Positions 1-9,470 of a stretch of DNA of 64,000 nt are shown here, piece after piece. Below the pieces are notes generated by a model, which was not told where the DNA came from, searched no databases, and saw only the letters and a list, made by a program, of their open reading frames with translations. How positions within the stretch are numbered: position 1 is the stretch's first letter; each line of letters starts with the position of its first letter. This stretch comes from a bacterium (GTDB taxonomy: Bacteria; UBA8248; JACPRG01; G963555815): NCBI GenBank assembly GCA_965218795.1, contig OZ244653.1:2368001-2432000 (forward strand), read 5' to 3'. Position numbers and translations under genes: made by a program.

Positions 1-105
1 TGCCATGAACTCGATTTGCGTGGTCCGTAATCAAAATGAAAGCGGATTCGTTAAAACGTCCGCGCATCCAGTCGAGTCCCTGGCAATGAGTTGATCATTA
101 CCAAG

Positions 106-144
106 TTGTTGCGTCGACCCCTTGAGACCGCCGGGTCAACTCCA
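106..144 (+). mobile_element. Abutting IS end remnants (IS30-like end followed by IS3-like end)
   Basis: GTTGTTGCGTCGACCCTTGAGACCGCC resembles IS30-family right ends. It runs into CGGGTCAACTCCA, which matches the IR arm at 4303-4314. Confidence 0.4.
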
Positions 145-1091
145 AAACTCTCGAGCGACGGCGTCGAGCTCGTGAGGGTGAACCAGGCTTGTCACCGGGT
201 GGCCACGATGTGCCGTTGGCTGGGCGTCTCCCCCAGCGGGTACTACGCGTGGCGAAGCCGTGGGCGTTCTCGTCGTGCCCGGCGCGACGAGGCGTTGCGG
301 GGCACGATCCGGGCCATCCACGAGGAATCTCGTGGCACCTATGGGGTCCCTCGGTCCATGCCGAGTTGGGGGCCAACGGATGCCGGGTGAGTCGCAAACG
401 GGTGGCTCGGCTGATGCGCGAGACGGGCTTGGCCGGGGTGAGCCGGCGGCGGGGCACGCGCACCACGCGTCTGGAGCCGGGCCATCGTGCTCGATGTGTT
501 CAGCCGCCGGGTGGTGGGAGGGTCCATGGCCCATCATCTTCGCACCGAGCGGGTGCTCGGGGCGCTGAACATGGCGTTGGGACAGCGCCGGCCTGAAGGG
601 GTCGTGCATCATTCCGTCCAGGGTTCGCAGTACACCTCGCTCGCCTTTGGCCAACGGTGCCGGGAGATGGGGGTGCTGCCCTCGACCGGATCGGCCGGCG
701 ACTGCTACGACAACGCCATGGCTGAGAGCTTCTTCGCAACGCTGGAGTGCGAACTCATCGACCGGCGCTCATTCCAGACCCAGGCCGAAGCGCGCATGCG
801 ATCTTCGAATTCCTGGAAGGCTGGTATAACGCACGCCGCCCTGGGTTACCTCAGCCCCAACGACTTCGAGCGTGCCGCGGCGGCGGCGACGCATCCCGTG
901 GGCAACGGTGATCAGCACGACCGAACCGACCTCGAGGCTTTCCAGATCGGCGAGCCGGAGGGAAAGAAATACCCTCCGGGGGTACCCTATCGTCCGGGCC
1001 TGGAGAAGACTTTACTTCCACCGGCTAGCGCCCACCTCAGGGCTGGTGGCCACCAGCCCTCAACCGTCCACTGAAACGGGGTAAAAGTCCA
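145..1091 (+). mobile_element. IS3-family transposase OrfB pseudogene with right end
   Basis: MCRWLGVSPSGYYAW..IHEESRGTYG, then after a frameshift VHAEL..RKRVARLMRETGL, then rve core LDVFSRRVVG..HHSVQGSQYTS..GDCYDNAMAESFFATLECE. Internal deletion near 470-490. Right-end-like AACCGTCCACTGAAACGGGGTAAAAGTCCA at 1062-1091. Confidence 0.9.
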
Positions 1092-1190
1092 CAGGCCAGC
1101 GACGACATCGTCGCGGATGTCGAAACGTTTGTTGCGGGGCTTGGCGGCGTGGATGCGCCTAGCGAAGGTGGACTTGGGGTGATTGGCCAT
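1092..1190 (-). pseudogene. Tyrosine integrase N-terminal arm-binding domain fragment, cut by IS3
   Basis: ..RIHAAKPRNKRFDIRDDVVAGL is a typical arm-type integrase start; similarity stops exactly at the IS3 end. Confidence 0.6.
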
Positions 1191-1445
1191 GGTGCAACTC
1201 CCTGTCCTGGTCCGCGACCGGGGTGTTGTATAGGAAGCGGTCGCGGCGGTGATTGCACGGGGAAGCCGTGCGATGGTTCGGGACGCGGTGAGCCGTAAGG
1301 CTCTGTATCTACAGGCGTTTTCGCCTCCTCATGCGATGGCGGACACTGGCGGGAAGGGCATCCTCGATGCGTCAGGTGAGTCAGAGGCCGCCGGTCATCG
1401 TAGACCGGCGGCCTCTCTCATCTTGGAGACGCTCTTCTCAGGGCT

Positions 1446-2468
1446 TCAAGGAGCCTTCGGGAAGAGCTTGGGCAGGAACTCGTTCGTGTAGAGATCGGCC
1501 GCCTTGACGTTGATCGTCTCCTCGGACGTCTGCTTGACGACCGCCAGGGTCCGCTCCCACTTCTCAAGGGTCATGTGGCCGATGCCGAGCGTTTTCGACT
1601 CCGGCGTCAACAGGTGCTCCACGGTGAGCCGCCAGATGGCCTCGGCGACTTTCCTGTTCGTCGTCGGCGCGCTTTTCAGGAAGATGTCGATGGCCCCCTT
1701 CGGGTTCTCGACCGACCAAGCCAGCCCCTTCATCGAGGCTTTCATGAAGCGGTCCACCAGTCTCCGCCTCTCGCGGATCGTCTTCTCCCGGGCCACGATC
1801 CCGATGGGATAAACGTCCACGCCGAAATCGGCGTACGGAATGACGACGGGTTCCTTTCCGTGCTTTCCGACGGCCCCCTCCACGATGGGGTAGGACACGG
1901 TGAAGAGCGTGATGGCGTCCACCTTCCCGGTGGCGAGGCTGGACACCATCGCCTGAGGCGACATCGGAATGTGCTTGATCTTGGCGATGTCCACGTTGTT
2001 GGCGGACGCCAGGGCAGGCAGGTTGACGAAGACGGTCTCCCCGACCGGCGCGCCCAATCTCCGCCCTTCCAGGTCTTTGGGCTTCGTGATCCCGTTCCCC
2101 TTCAGGGAGTAGATGGCGTAGACGTTTTTGGCGTGAATCACACCCAGGCCCTTGAGGTCGCCCCCCTGGTTTCGGATCTTGATGACCGAGCGCGGATCGG
2201 CGTGACCCAGCTCAATCGTCCCGGCGGCCACGTCTTTCGCCACCGCCGAGCCTCCGAAGCCCCGGACGAGCTTGATGTCGAGACCCGCGGCCTTGTACCA
2301 GCCCAAGTCCCTTGCGACGAAGAAGCCCGCGTCCCGGGGCAGGGGAATCCATCCGGTCGAGTAGGTCGCGGCGTCAAGGGCGACGGCCTTGCCCGGCGCC
2401 GCGGGGAGGTAGCTGAGGATTGCCAGTGCGGCCAGAACCATCCGGAAGACCAGCTTTGCGGACATCAT
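1446..2468 (-). CDS. ABC transporter substrate-binding protein, NMT1/THI5 (SsuA-like) family
   Basis: Signal peptide; W..AGFFVARDLGWYKAAGLDIKLVRGFGGS; KPKDLEGRRLG; YTNEFLP C-terminus; AGGAGG RBS before ATG 2468. Confidence 0.9.
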   Translation of the reverse strand: MMSAKLVFRMVLAALAILSYLPAAPGKAVALDAATYSTGWIPLPRDAGFFVARDLGWYKAAGLDIKLVRGFGGSAVAKDVAAGTIELGHADPRSVIKIRNQGGDLKGLGVIHAKNVYAIYSLKGNGITKPKDLEGRRLGAPVGETVFVNLPALASANNVDIAKIKHIPMSPQAMVSSLATGKVDAITLFTVSYPIVEGAVGKHGKEPVVIPYADFGVDVYPIGIVAREKTIRERRRLVDRFMKASMKGLAWSVENPKGAIDIFLKSAPTTNRKVAEAIWRLTVEHLLTPESKTLGIGHMTLEKWERTLAVVKQTSEETINVKAADLYTNEFLPKLFPKAP

Positions 2469-2573
2469 GGTTTCCTCCTTGTTCCGTGACGGCATCGACG
2501 CTTCATCCGGAAGCGGCGACGACCTCTTTTGCGGCGGGATTCCTTCTTCCTCCGGCGACCTTGTCTGAAGGCG

Positions 2574-3140
2574 TCACTTGGGCCGGATCATCTCGAAGAT
2601 GTCTCCACACCAGGTGTAGTTGTTCTTCGAGAGGCGGGCGATGGGACGGAGCCGTTCGACATCGACCGGCCCGTCCACGTAGAGGGCATCCCGGAGATGA
2701 AACATGACCACTTCTCCGATGACCAGCCGATGGCTGCCCAGCTCGATGAACCGTTCGAGTCGGCACTCCAAAGCATCCGGGCTTTCGGCGACGCGGGGGC
2801 TTCACCACGCGGCTGGGAAGGGTTGCCAACCCGACCTCTTCCAGCTCGTTGATTTCTGCCCCATACGAACCGGCGCAGATGTTGATCGCCTCGGCGATAT
2901 CCTTGGTGGCGATGTTGACCACGAACTCGCCCGTGTCCTCAATGTTGCGCACTGTGTCCTTCTTCACCTTCTCTCCGGAGTAGCCCGGCCTCTCCGCACC
3001 CTGCATAGGTGGGAAAGAATATCACCAGCGGCGGTTTGTTGGCAATGGCGTTGAAATAGGCGAAGGGGGCCGCGTTCAGCAGGCCGTCCGCGCTGAGGGA
3101 GGTCACAAAGGCGATGGGCCGGGGGCTGGCCCCTACGACA
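2574..3140 (-). pseudogene. Flavin reductase-like (DIM6/NtaB) protein, frameshifted and 5'-truncated
   Basis: PRPIAFVTSLSADGLLNAAPFAYFNAI / KKDTVRNIEDTGEFVVNIAT / ECRLERFIELGSHRLVIGEVV..LRPIARL spread over three frames. Confidence 0.85.
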
Positions 3141-3185
3141 TAAAACGTGGTGTGCCGCGTAGGGGCGGGTCTCCGTACCCGCCCG
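3128..3185. repeat. GTAG-type REP-like palindromes, back to back
   Basis: GTAGGGGCGGGTCTCCGTACCCGCCCG at 3159-3185, and GTAGGGGCC on the minus strand at 3136-3128. Confidence 0.5.
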
Positions 3186-3289
3186 CAAAGACGGTCGTTG
3201 CGAGTATCCACTACACTCCGCCGAACAACGCGGCCGGTGCGATCCCTGCGGCAAACAGAGCACGAGACCATCGGTTGGTGAGAAATCAT

Positions 3290-4245
3290 TGATGCGCGTC
3301 ACTTCGGAGAGATGAGGCTCTCCACGCACATTATCGTACTGATAGATCGACCGCTTTCCGTCCTTCGCGAACGTCAAGCCGATGATCACACAATGAACCG
3401 CCGCCGAGCCCCGCGCCTCACTGTTCCACTGGAAAGTGCTGTGCGCAAAGCGGATCGATAATTCTCGGGCAAACACGACCGGCCAAAGAACGCCGCATTG
3501 CTCTCCTTGCGTAATCGAATTCGTGGACACGAAAGCGATCTCGATTGAACGGTTCCCGGCTGTGTAGCGCACGCCTTTGTTGAACCAACATGTCACATAG
3601 TCCAGCCGGTTCACCTGCCCCCTCTTTCCCCAGACGCGCGCCATGTCGTTCTGCTGTTCCTTCGTGCGCCACTGGTGGCCGATGAACGGCGGGTTGCCGA
3701 AGAGGTACGTGCACTTCTCGGCAGGCAAGAATGCTTGCCAGTCCATCTCAACAGCGTTGCCGACTGCGATGCGCGGCGAAGTCCGCAACGGAATCCGCGC
3801 ATTAGGTCTGGCCGAACTCCAGGCTGAGCCGGTTGTTCATGATGTGGTCCATCATCCACAGGGCGGTCTCGGCGATACGGGCCGGGAACTCGCCAAGCTC
3901 GATGCCGTAGAACTGATCCACGTCGATCACGGACAGGGTTTCCGCCAGGGCGTCCAACTGAGCGTGGGGATGGATTTCCTTCAGCACCGCGATTTCCAGC
4001 TCGCGCAGCTCCCGGTAGGCGATGACCAGGAAGTTGCCGCACCCGCAGGCCGGATCGAAGAATTTCATATTGCCCAGCTTCTCCTGAAAGTGCCTGAGTT
4101 CAGAGAGGCGGCGGCTGTCCTTGCGGGCCTTGAGCCGCTCGAACTCGGCGCGCAAGTCGTCGAGGAACAGCGGCTCAATGACCTTGAGGATGTTCTTCTC
4201 GGTCGTGTAGTGGGCCCCCTAGGCCCGGCGCTCCGCAGGCTCCAT
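3290..4245 (-). pseudogene. MmeI/YeeA-like type IIL DNA methyltransferase/endonuclease internal fragment
   Basis: MEPAERRA*GAHYTTEKNILKVIEPLFLDDL..FFDPACGCGNFL..DQFYGIE..ARIAETALWMMDH, then GNPPFIG..LDYVTCWF..AFVSTNSITQGEQ..FQWNSEARGSAAVHCVIIG. Internal stops; both ends missing. Confidence 0.9.
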
Positions 4246-4315
4246 GGAGTTGACCCTTCGGTGGACACCTTCAGACTGTAGGCACCGGCGTATTCACCAA
4301 AACGGGTCAACTCCG
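4245..4315. mobile_element. ~70-bp MITE-like element made of two IS3-type inverted ends
   Basis: TGGAGTTGACCCTTCGGTGGACAC, a ~21-nt spacer, then GTATTCACCAAAACGGGTCAACTCCG (imperfect ~25-bp IR). It sits at the truncation point of the MmeI-like gene. Confidence 0.7.
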
Positions 4316-4552
4316 GGAGGGACTCAATCATTTCTCCGCGCGGATCTCGGCAGCGGCGAGCAGGAAGTTCTGGGTCCACGGCCTGCGCAAAGAATCGCCG
4401 ACCGGATCGGCTCTCTGATGCACGCTGACTCCCACGGCGGGACCGGCACGGAAACGCCGGGGAGAGTTCACCGCATTCAACTCGCTCGTAAGGACTGTCT
4501 TGCTCAAATGGGGTAGACCAAACGCCCCGAAGGTTGAAAGACAACAGCCCAT

Positions 4553-5367
4553 GTGGATCGCCATCCAGGCATACGGAAAAATGTCCGGCAGCGTGCGCTG
4601 CTGGCACTACGAAAGGCGTTGAAGATCGCCAGCCCCGGAACCGACCTCGACGCCCAGGGCTACACCACCTCCTTTCCCGACAATCTGGTCTCATCCGTCG
4701 AGACCGTCGATTTCGAGGCGGATCTCGGGCAGGGCAGCGGCAATGAACTCGTTGGGAAATTCCGCGCTGGCCGTGAACTGCTTCGGGCCGTTCAAGTGCC
4801 GGCTTTCGGAATTGCGGGTATGCGGCTCCGACGGCTTCACTTCACTTCGAGAAAAAGTGCCCGACCGGGCTCCGAGGAACACCGCCCAACCTCGACGTGG
4901 TGATCGAACGTCCTGATCACGTTGTCGCAATCGAGTCGAAATGTACGGAGTATCTCTCGACGCACATCGTGCGGTTCTCGGCGGCCTACGAGACCAGGAT
5001 CCTCGATGCGCGTCGTGAGAGCGTCTGGTTCCGCGAGATGCTTCGCCTGATCAAAGCGCCTCGAACCTACAGGTGGCTGGACGCAGCGCAGCTCATCAAG
5101 CACACGTTCGGCCTGATGTATTGCTACCATGACCGCCGGGTGACGCTGCTCTATCTCTACTGGGAACCTCTGAACGCTGGCGATTACCCGGTCTTCGAAG
5201 AACACCGCCGCGAGACTGCCGCGTTCGCCGAGCGGGTCACCGGATCTGACCTGGCCTTCGAGGCGATGACCTACAACGACCTGTGGTCATCCTGGAACGG
5301 GACCGCACCGCAGTGGCTGGGCACAGATCTCCGAGACCTCCGCGCCCGATACGCCGTCACGATTTGA
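4553..5367 (+). pseudogene. Putative PD-(D/E)XK restriction endonuclease (PGN_0703-like), frameshifted
   Basis: ADLGQGSGNELVGKFRA.., then PNLDVVIERPDHVVAIESKCTE..LDAAQLIKH..VTLLYLYWEP, with frameshifts at ~4770-4880. Confidence 0.65.
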
Positions 5368-5463
5368 AGCGATACTCCGCACCGCCGCCGCACACACATC
5401 ACCGACATGCCGCAATCCCCGACGCCGCTCCCGCGCCCGTCGCGGACACGGGCGACCGCTATA

Positions 5464-5487
5464 AACTGTCCACCAAAACGAGATAAC
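5464..5487 (+). mobile_element. Solo IS3-like right end
   Basis: AACTGTCCACCAAAACGAGATAAC resembles the ends at 1062-1091 and 4290-4314. Confidence 0.45.
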
Positions 5488-5790
5488 TGTACCTAGACTA
5501 GGTCAAACTAGACCACTACCAAAATAGTTGACAAGTACGGAGGGGATGGTTTCAGATGCAATCAATCGACAAAAAGGACCGGAAGGCGAATCTTTGAGGG
5601 TGGCATGGGGACTTCCGGTGAACAGGGAGTTGTCGAACCTTTCTTTGTTTCCGGCACCCAGGGCCGAATGATAGTGAAAAGCCTGATTTTCCCTCGCCCC
5701 CTCTTCGGCGATCTTGAGGGCGGCGTCAAGCCCTGACCGGCTTTTCTTTCAGCAAGAGGGGAAACATACCGGACATCAGGAACCTCACCC

Positions 5791-6738
5791 GTGTCCCTCT
5801 CACTGTTTTTCGACATCTCGCTGCTCCAGCTGATGATGGTCATGATGGCCCCCCTGATCCTGGCGTGTCTCGGCGAGACCCTGATCGAGCATTCGGGAAT
5901 CCTGAACCTCGGCATTGAGGGCATCGTCACCGTGGGCGCGGTCACTGGATTTCTGGGGACATACTGGACGGGAAGCGCCGTCCTGGGTTGTCTCCTCGCC
6001 ATGGTGACCGGGTCAATCCTCGCTTCCTTCGTGGCTTACTTCGCCATCACGCTACGGACAAACCAGATCATTCTGGGCTTGAGCATATTTGTTTTCGGTT
6101 TGGGGCTCTCGCCCTTTTTCTATCGGTTGGCCATCGGCGTGGTATCATCTCCACCGCAGGTCCCCACACTGCCGATCATCAAGGCGCCGCTCTTGGGCGA
6201 CATTCCCTTTCTGGGTGAGGCCTTCTTCCAGCAGAACCCCCTTGTGTACACCTCCTATGTCCTGGTCGCGGCCATGAGCGTCTTCCTCTTCAAAACACCC
6301 CTGGGCCTCCGCATCCGATCGTGCGGGGAAAACCCGCGGGCGGCGGATACCCTGGGGATCAATGTCGTGTCCTTGCGCTACGGCGCCTGTGCCGTCGGGG
6401 GCATGTTGCTGGGCCTCGGGGGGGCCTACCTCCCTCTCGTGATCACTGGGGCCTTTACGGACAATATCGTCAACGGACGCGGTTGGCTCGCGTTCATGCT
6501 GGTCATCTTCGGCCGGTGGGTCCCTCTGTGGTCGTTTCTGGGCGCGGTCCTGTTCGCCTACGTGGACGCCTTTCAGTTCAAGGTCAGCTCGCTTCCGGAT
6601 GTCGCCCGGCTCATCCCCCCCCAATTTCTTTTGATGCTCCCCTATCTGTTTGCTCTCTTGTTATTGGTCCGAGTCGCCCGGGGCGCGGAGGCCCCACGGG
6701 CCCTGGCACGCCCGTACGACCGGGAGGCCAGGGAATAA
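5791..6738 (+). CDS. Nucleoside/sugar ABC transporter permease (YufQ/NupC-like)
   Basis: LGETLIEHSGILNLGIEG; GLRIRSCGENPRAADTLGINV; GRGWLAF; LPYL..APRALARPY. Confidence 0.92.
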   Translation: MSLSLFFDISLLQLMMVMMAPLILACLGETLIEHSGILNLGIEGIVTVGAVTGFLGTYWTGSAVLGCLLAMVTGSILASFVAYFAITLRTNQIILGLSIFVFGLGLSPFFYRLAIGVVSSPPQVPTLPIIKAPLLGDIPFLGEAFFQQNPLVYTSYVLVAAMSVFLFKTPLGLRIRSCGENPRAADTLGINVVSLRYGACAVGGMLLGLGGAYLPLVITGAFTDNIVNGRGWLAFMLVIFGRWVPLWSFLGAVLFAYVDAFQFKVSSLPDVARLIPPQFLLMLPYLFALLLLVRVARGAEAPRALARPYDREARE

Positions 6739-6791
6739 CGGAGATCGCGTGGTGGTCCTTGATGGGTGGTTTTTCTGAAAGGAGAGGAACG

Positions 6792-7793
6792 ATGAATCAG
6801 TTACGCAGAAGTTCGCTATTCGTGTTCGTCATTCTGCTCGGCTGGGTTCTCGGTTCAGTGGGGAGCCCTGCGCCGGCACAGGCGCAAAAGCACAGGTTTG
6901 CGATGATCCTGCCAGGACCCATCGAGGATTCAGACTACAACTTCAAAGGTTACGAAGTCGTCCTGGACGTCAAGCAGCGTTTCAATATCCCGGCCTCGTT
7001 CTCCGAGCGAATTTCTCCGCCGGACGCAGAACGCGTCGCGCGCGAGTACATCGCCTCCGGCCACAACATTGTCGCTTTCCACGGCGGGCAATACATTCGG
7101 GTGATCAAGAAGATTGCACCCAAATTCCCGAATGTAAACTTCATCATGGAAAGCTCGGGGAAATTCCCCGTTCCCGGGAACGTCTGGAATATCGGTCGTC
7201 GGTACCCCGAAGCCTTGCACGCTTTCGGAATCCTCGCCGGCATGACAACGAAGAGCAACAAGGTGAGCGTGATTGCAGGGATTCCCCTTCCGGACTTCAA
7301 AGGGTCCATCAATTCCATCTGGGACGCCATGAAGGAAGTCAACCCCAAGGCTGAACTCGTTTACGCCTTCACCGGAAACCAGAACGACCCGGTCAAGGCC
7401 CGCCAGACGGCTGAGGCCCAGATCGCATCGGGCGTCGACTTCATCATCAACCTGGTGAATCTCGGCGTGTACGGCGTCATCGAGGCGGCGAAGAAATCCA
7501 AGAAGCAGGTTCTCATCACCACCTATTACACGGATAAGTCAGACAAGGCTCCCAACCATTTCGCCGGCACGCTGCTCATCGATTTTCGCCTACCCTACCG
7601 GGTAGCGATCGAGGGCATCCTCAAGGGCCAAAAAGGCGGATACGTATCGATGCGCCCGGGGAACGGCTTCGAGCTGGCCTCCCTGAACAACGTGTCCATC
7701 GAGGCGGCAAAAGCCACTGAGAAACGGTTTGGCCAAGTGGTCCGGAACGAGGTCAAGCCGCGTTATGAAGTCAAGGCCGTCAACCTGAGGTAG
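6792..7793 (+). CDS. BMP-family ABC transporter substrate-binding protein
   Basis: Signal peptide; LPGPIEDSDYNFKGYE; LAGMTTKSNKV; FTGNQNDPVKARQTAEAQIASGVD; AGGAGAGG RBS before ATG 6792. Confidence 0.9.
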   Translation: MNQLRRSSLFVFVILLGWVLGSVGSPAPAQAQKHRFAMILPGPIEDSDYNFKGYEVVLDVKQRFNIPASFSERISPPDAERVAREYIASGHNIVAFHGGQYIRVIKKIAPKFPNVNFIMESSGKFPVPGNVWNIGRRYPEALHAFGILAGMTTKSNKVSVIAGIPLPDFKGSINSIWDAMKEVNPKAELVYAFTGNQNDPVKARQTAEAQIASGVDFIINLVNLGVYGVIEAAKKSKKQVLITTYYTDKSDKAPNHFAGTLLIDFRLPYRVAIEGILKGQKGGYVSMRPGNGFELASLNNVSIEAAKATEKRFGQVVRNEVKPRYEVKAVNLR

Positions 7794-7856
7794 CCTTTTC
7801 GGGCTCGACGCGGCAGTGGGGCCGGGGTCTGTGGACCTTACGGGGCTGCTCCTCCG

Positions 7857-7900
7857 TCCCGGGTTCCGGGGAATGGATAGTGGCCCCGGAAGACCCGGGA
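7857..7900 (+). promoter_or_regulatory. Intergenic stem-loop after the binding-protein gene (mRNA-stabilising or attenuating)
   Basis: TCCCGGGTTCCGGGG..CCCCGGAAGACCCGGGA, with no U-tract. Confidence 0.45.
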
Positions 7901-7919
7901 CCGATTCATAAGGGGATTC

Positions 7920-9470
7920 ATGAACGAGGTTAGTCCGCCCAGGGTACAGATGAAAGGAATTCACAAGCGATTCGGCGAGGTCGTCGCCCTGGACAACGTC
8001 AACTTCGAAGCCGAAAAGGGGGAGATTCACGCCCTGTTAGGGGAGAACGGCGCAGGTAAAACGACCCAGATGAACATCTTGAGCGGTCTCTATCGGGCTG
8101 ACACCGGCGAAATCCGGATCGACGGCCGGGAGGCTCCCATCCAGGCTCCCAGAGACGCCATCGACTTTCACATCGGCATGGTGCATCAGCACGTCGAGTT
8201 GATCGGAAACTTCTCCGCGCTGGAGAATATCCTCTTGGGCCGCGAGGGTTCGCGCTGGGTTCTGGATCTGGAGTCACAACGACACAAGGTGGAGGAAATC
8301 GCCTCCCGGTACGGGCTTTCGATTCCATTGGATGAGAAGGTCAAGTCCCTGCCCGTCGGCATCCAGCAAAAAATCGAGATTCTCAAGGCCCTCTACCGAG
8401 GGGCGGACACCCTGATTCTGGACGAGCCGACCACCATGCTGACGCCCCAGGAAGTGGACGCCCTCTTCGAGACCATTCGAGGGCTGGCCGATGGGGGTCT
8501 CACCGTTATCTTCATCACCCACAAGATCCGGGAGGTTCTGGCCACCTGCGATCGGATCAGCGTCTTCCGAGGCGGCAGGCGGGTCGGAACCATCACCCGG
8601 GCTGAGGCCGACTACGAGACACTGGTTCGGATGATGGTCGGGGAGCGGGGTTTGCCGTCGGACGCCGAGCGCCCCCAGGCCGGGTCGGCTCTTCAGAATC
8701 CTCCCTGCTTCACCGTCCGGGGGATGAACGTGCGGTCCCACGACGGGATCCCGCTGCTCGAGGATATCTCCTTCGAAATCCCGCGCGGGACAATCGTGGG
8801 GCTGGCCGGCGTTTCCGGTAACGGCCAGCGGGAGCTGGCCGAGGCCCTGGCCGGGCTGCTTCCCATTGAATCGGGGGAGATTATGCTCGACGGTCACGAG
8901 GTGAGCCGCCTGAGCGTGGCTGCCCGGATAGGCCTCGGGCTCACCCTGATCCCGCAGGACCGCATCGGCGAGGGGATTCTTCCCGCGCTCTCCCTGGCCG
9001 AGAACCTCGTCCTCGGCCTCCACCCATTCGTCTTCAAACGGGCGGGCATTTTCGAGCGGGCGACTGCCCGAGAGATGGCCCGAGAGACTATCCGGGAATA
9101 CAACATTCTGGCCCGGGACGAGGAGGTTCCCTCGGCTCATCTCTCGGGGGGGAATATTCAGAAGGTCATCGTAGCCCGCGCCGTCCACCTGGCTCAACGA
9201 ACGGGCTCCGTATTCCTGATTGCCAACAATCCGACGCGCGGACTGGACGTTAAAGCGGCGGCCTTCGTTCACGAACGTCTCCGGGAGCACCAGGCCAGAG
9301 AGGGCGGCGTTTTGCTTATCTCGGAGGACCTGGACGAATTGTGCGCCATGTGTCATCGGATCCTCGTGATTTTCTCCGGCGAGATTCTCGGAAGCTTTGA
9401 CGGGCCGGAGTACGACGTCTATCAGGTAGGCGCCCTCATGGCCGGCGAGCGGGAAGATGCGAATCCATGA
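7920..9470 (+). CDS. ABC transporter ATP-binding protein with two ABC domains (YufO/NupA-like)
   Basis: GENGAGKT; LILDEPT; GVSGNGQREL; LSGGNIQKV; PTRGLDV; LISEDLDE. Confidence 0.95.
   Translation: MNEVSPPRVQMKGIHKRFGEVVALDNVNFEAEKGEIHALLGENGAGKTTQMNILSGLYRADTGEIRIDGREAPIQAPRDAIDFHIGMVHQHVELIGNFSALENILLGREGSRWVLDLESQRHKVEEIASRYGLSIPLDEKVKSLPVGIQQKIEILKALYRGADTLILDEPTTMLTPQEVDALFETIRGLADGGLTVIFITHKIREVLATCDRISVFRGGRRVGTITRAEADYETLVRMMVGERGLPSDAERPQAGSALQNPPCFTVRGMNVRSHDGIPLLEDISFEIPRGTIVGLAGVSGNGQRELAEALAGLLPIESGEIMLDGHEVSRLSVAARIGLGLTLIPQDRIGEGILPALSLAENLVLGLHPFVFKRAGIFERATAREMARETIREYNILARDEEVPSAHLSGGNIQKVIVARAVHLAQRTGSVFLIANNPTRGLDVKAAAFVHERLREHQAREGGVLLISEDLDELCAMCHRILVIFSGEILGSFDGPEYDVYQVGALMAGEREDANP

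Noticed and set aside
6321-6791. Long N-terminal extensions of ORF-track calls (6321, 10571, 20369, 35621, 37041, 62242)
   Set aside because: They overlap other genes or lack an RBS; downstream starts have an RBS, signal peptide or family-typical N-terminus.
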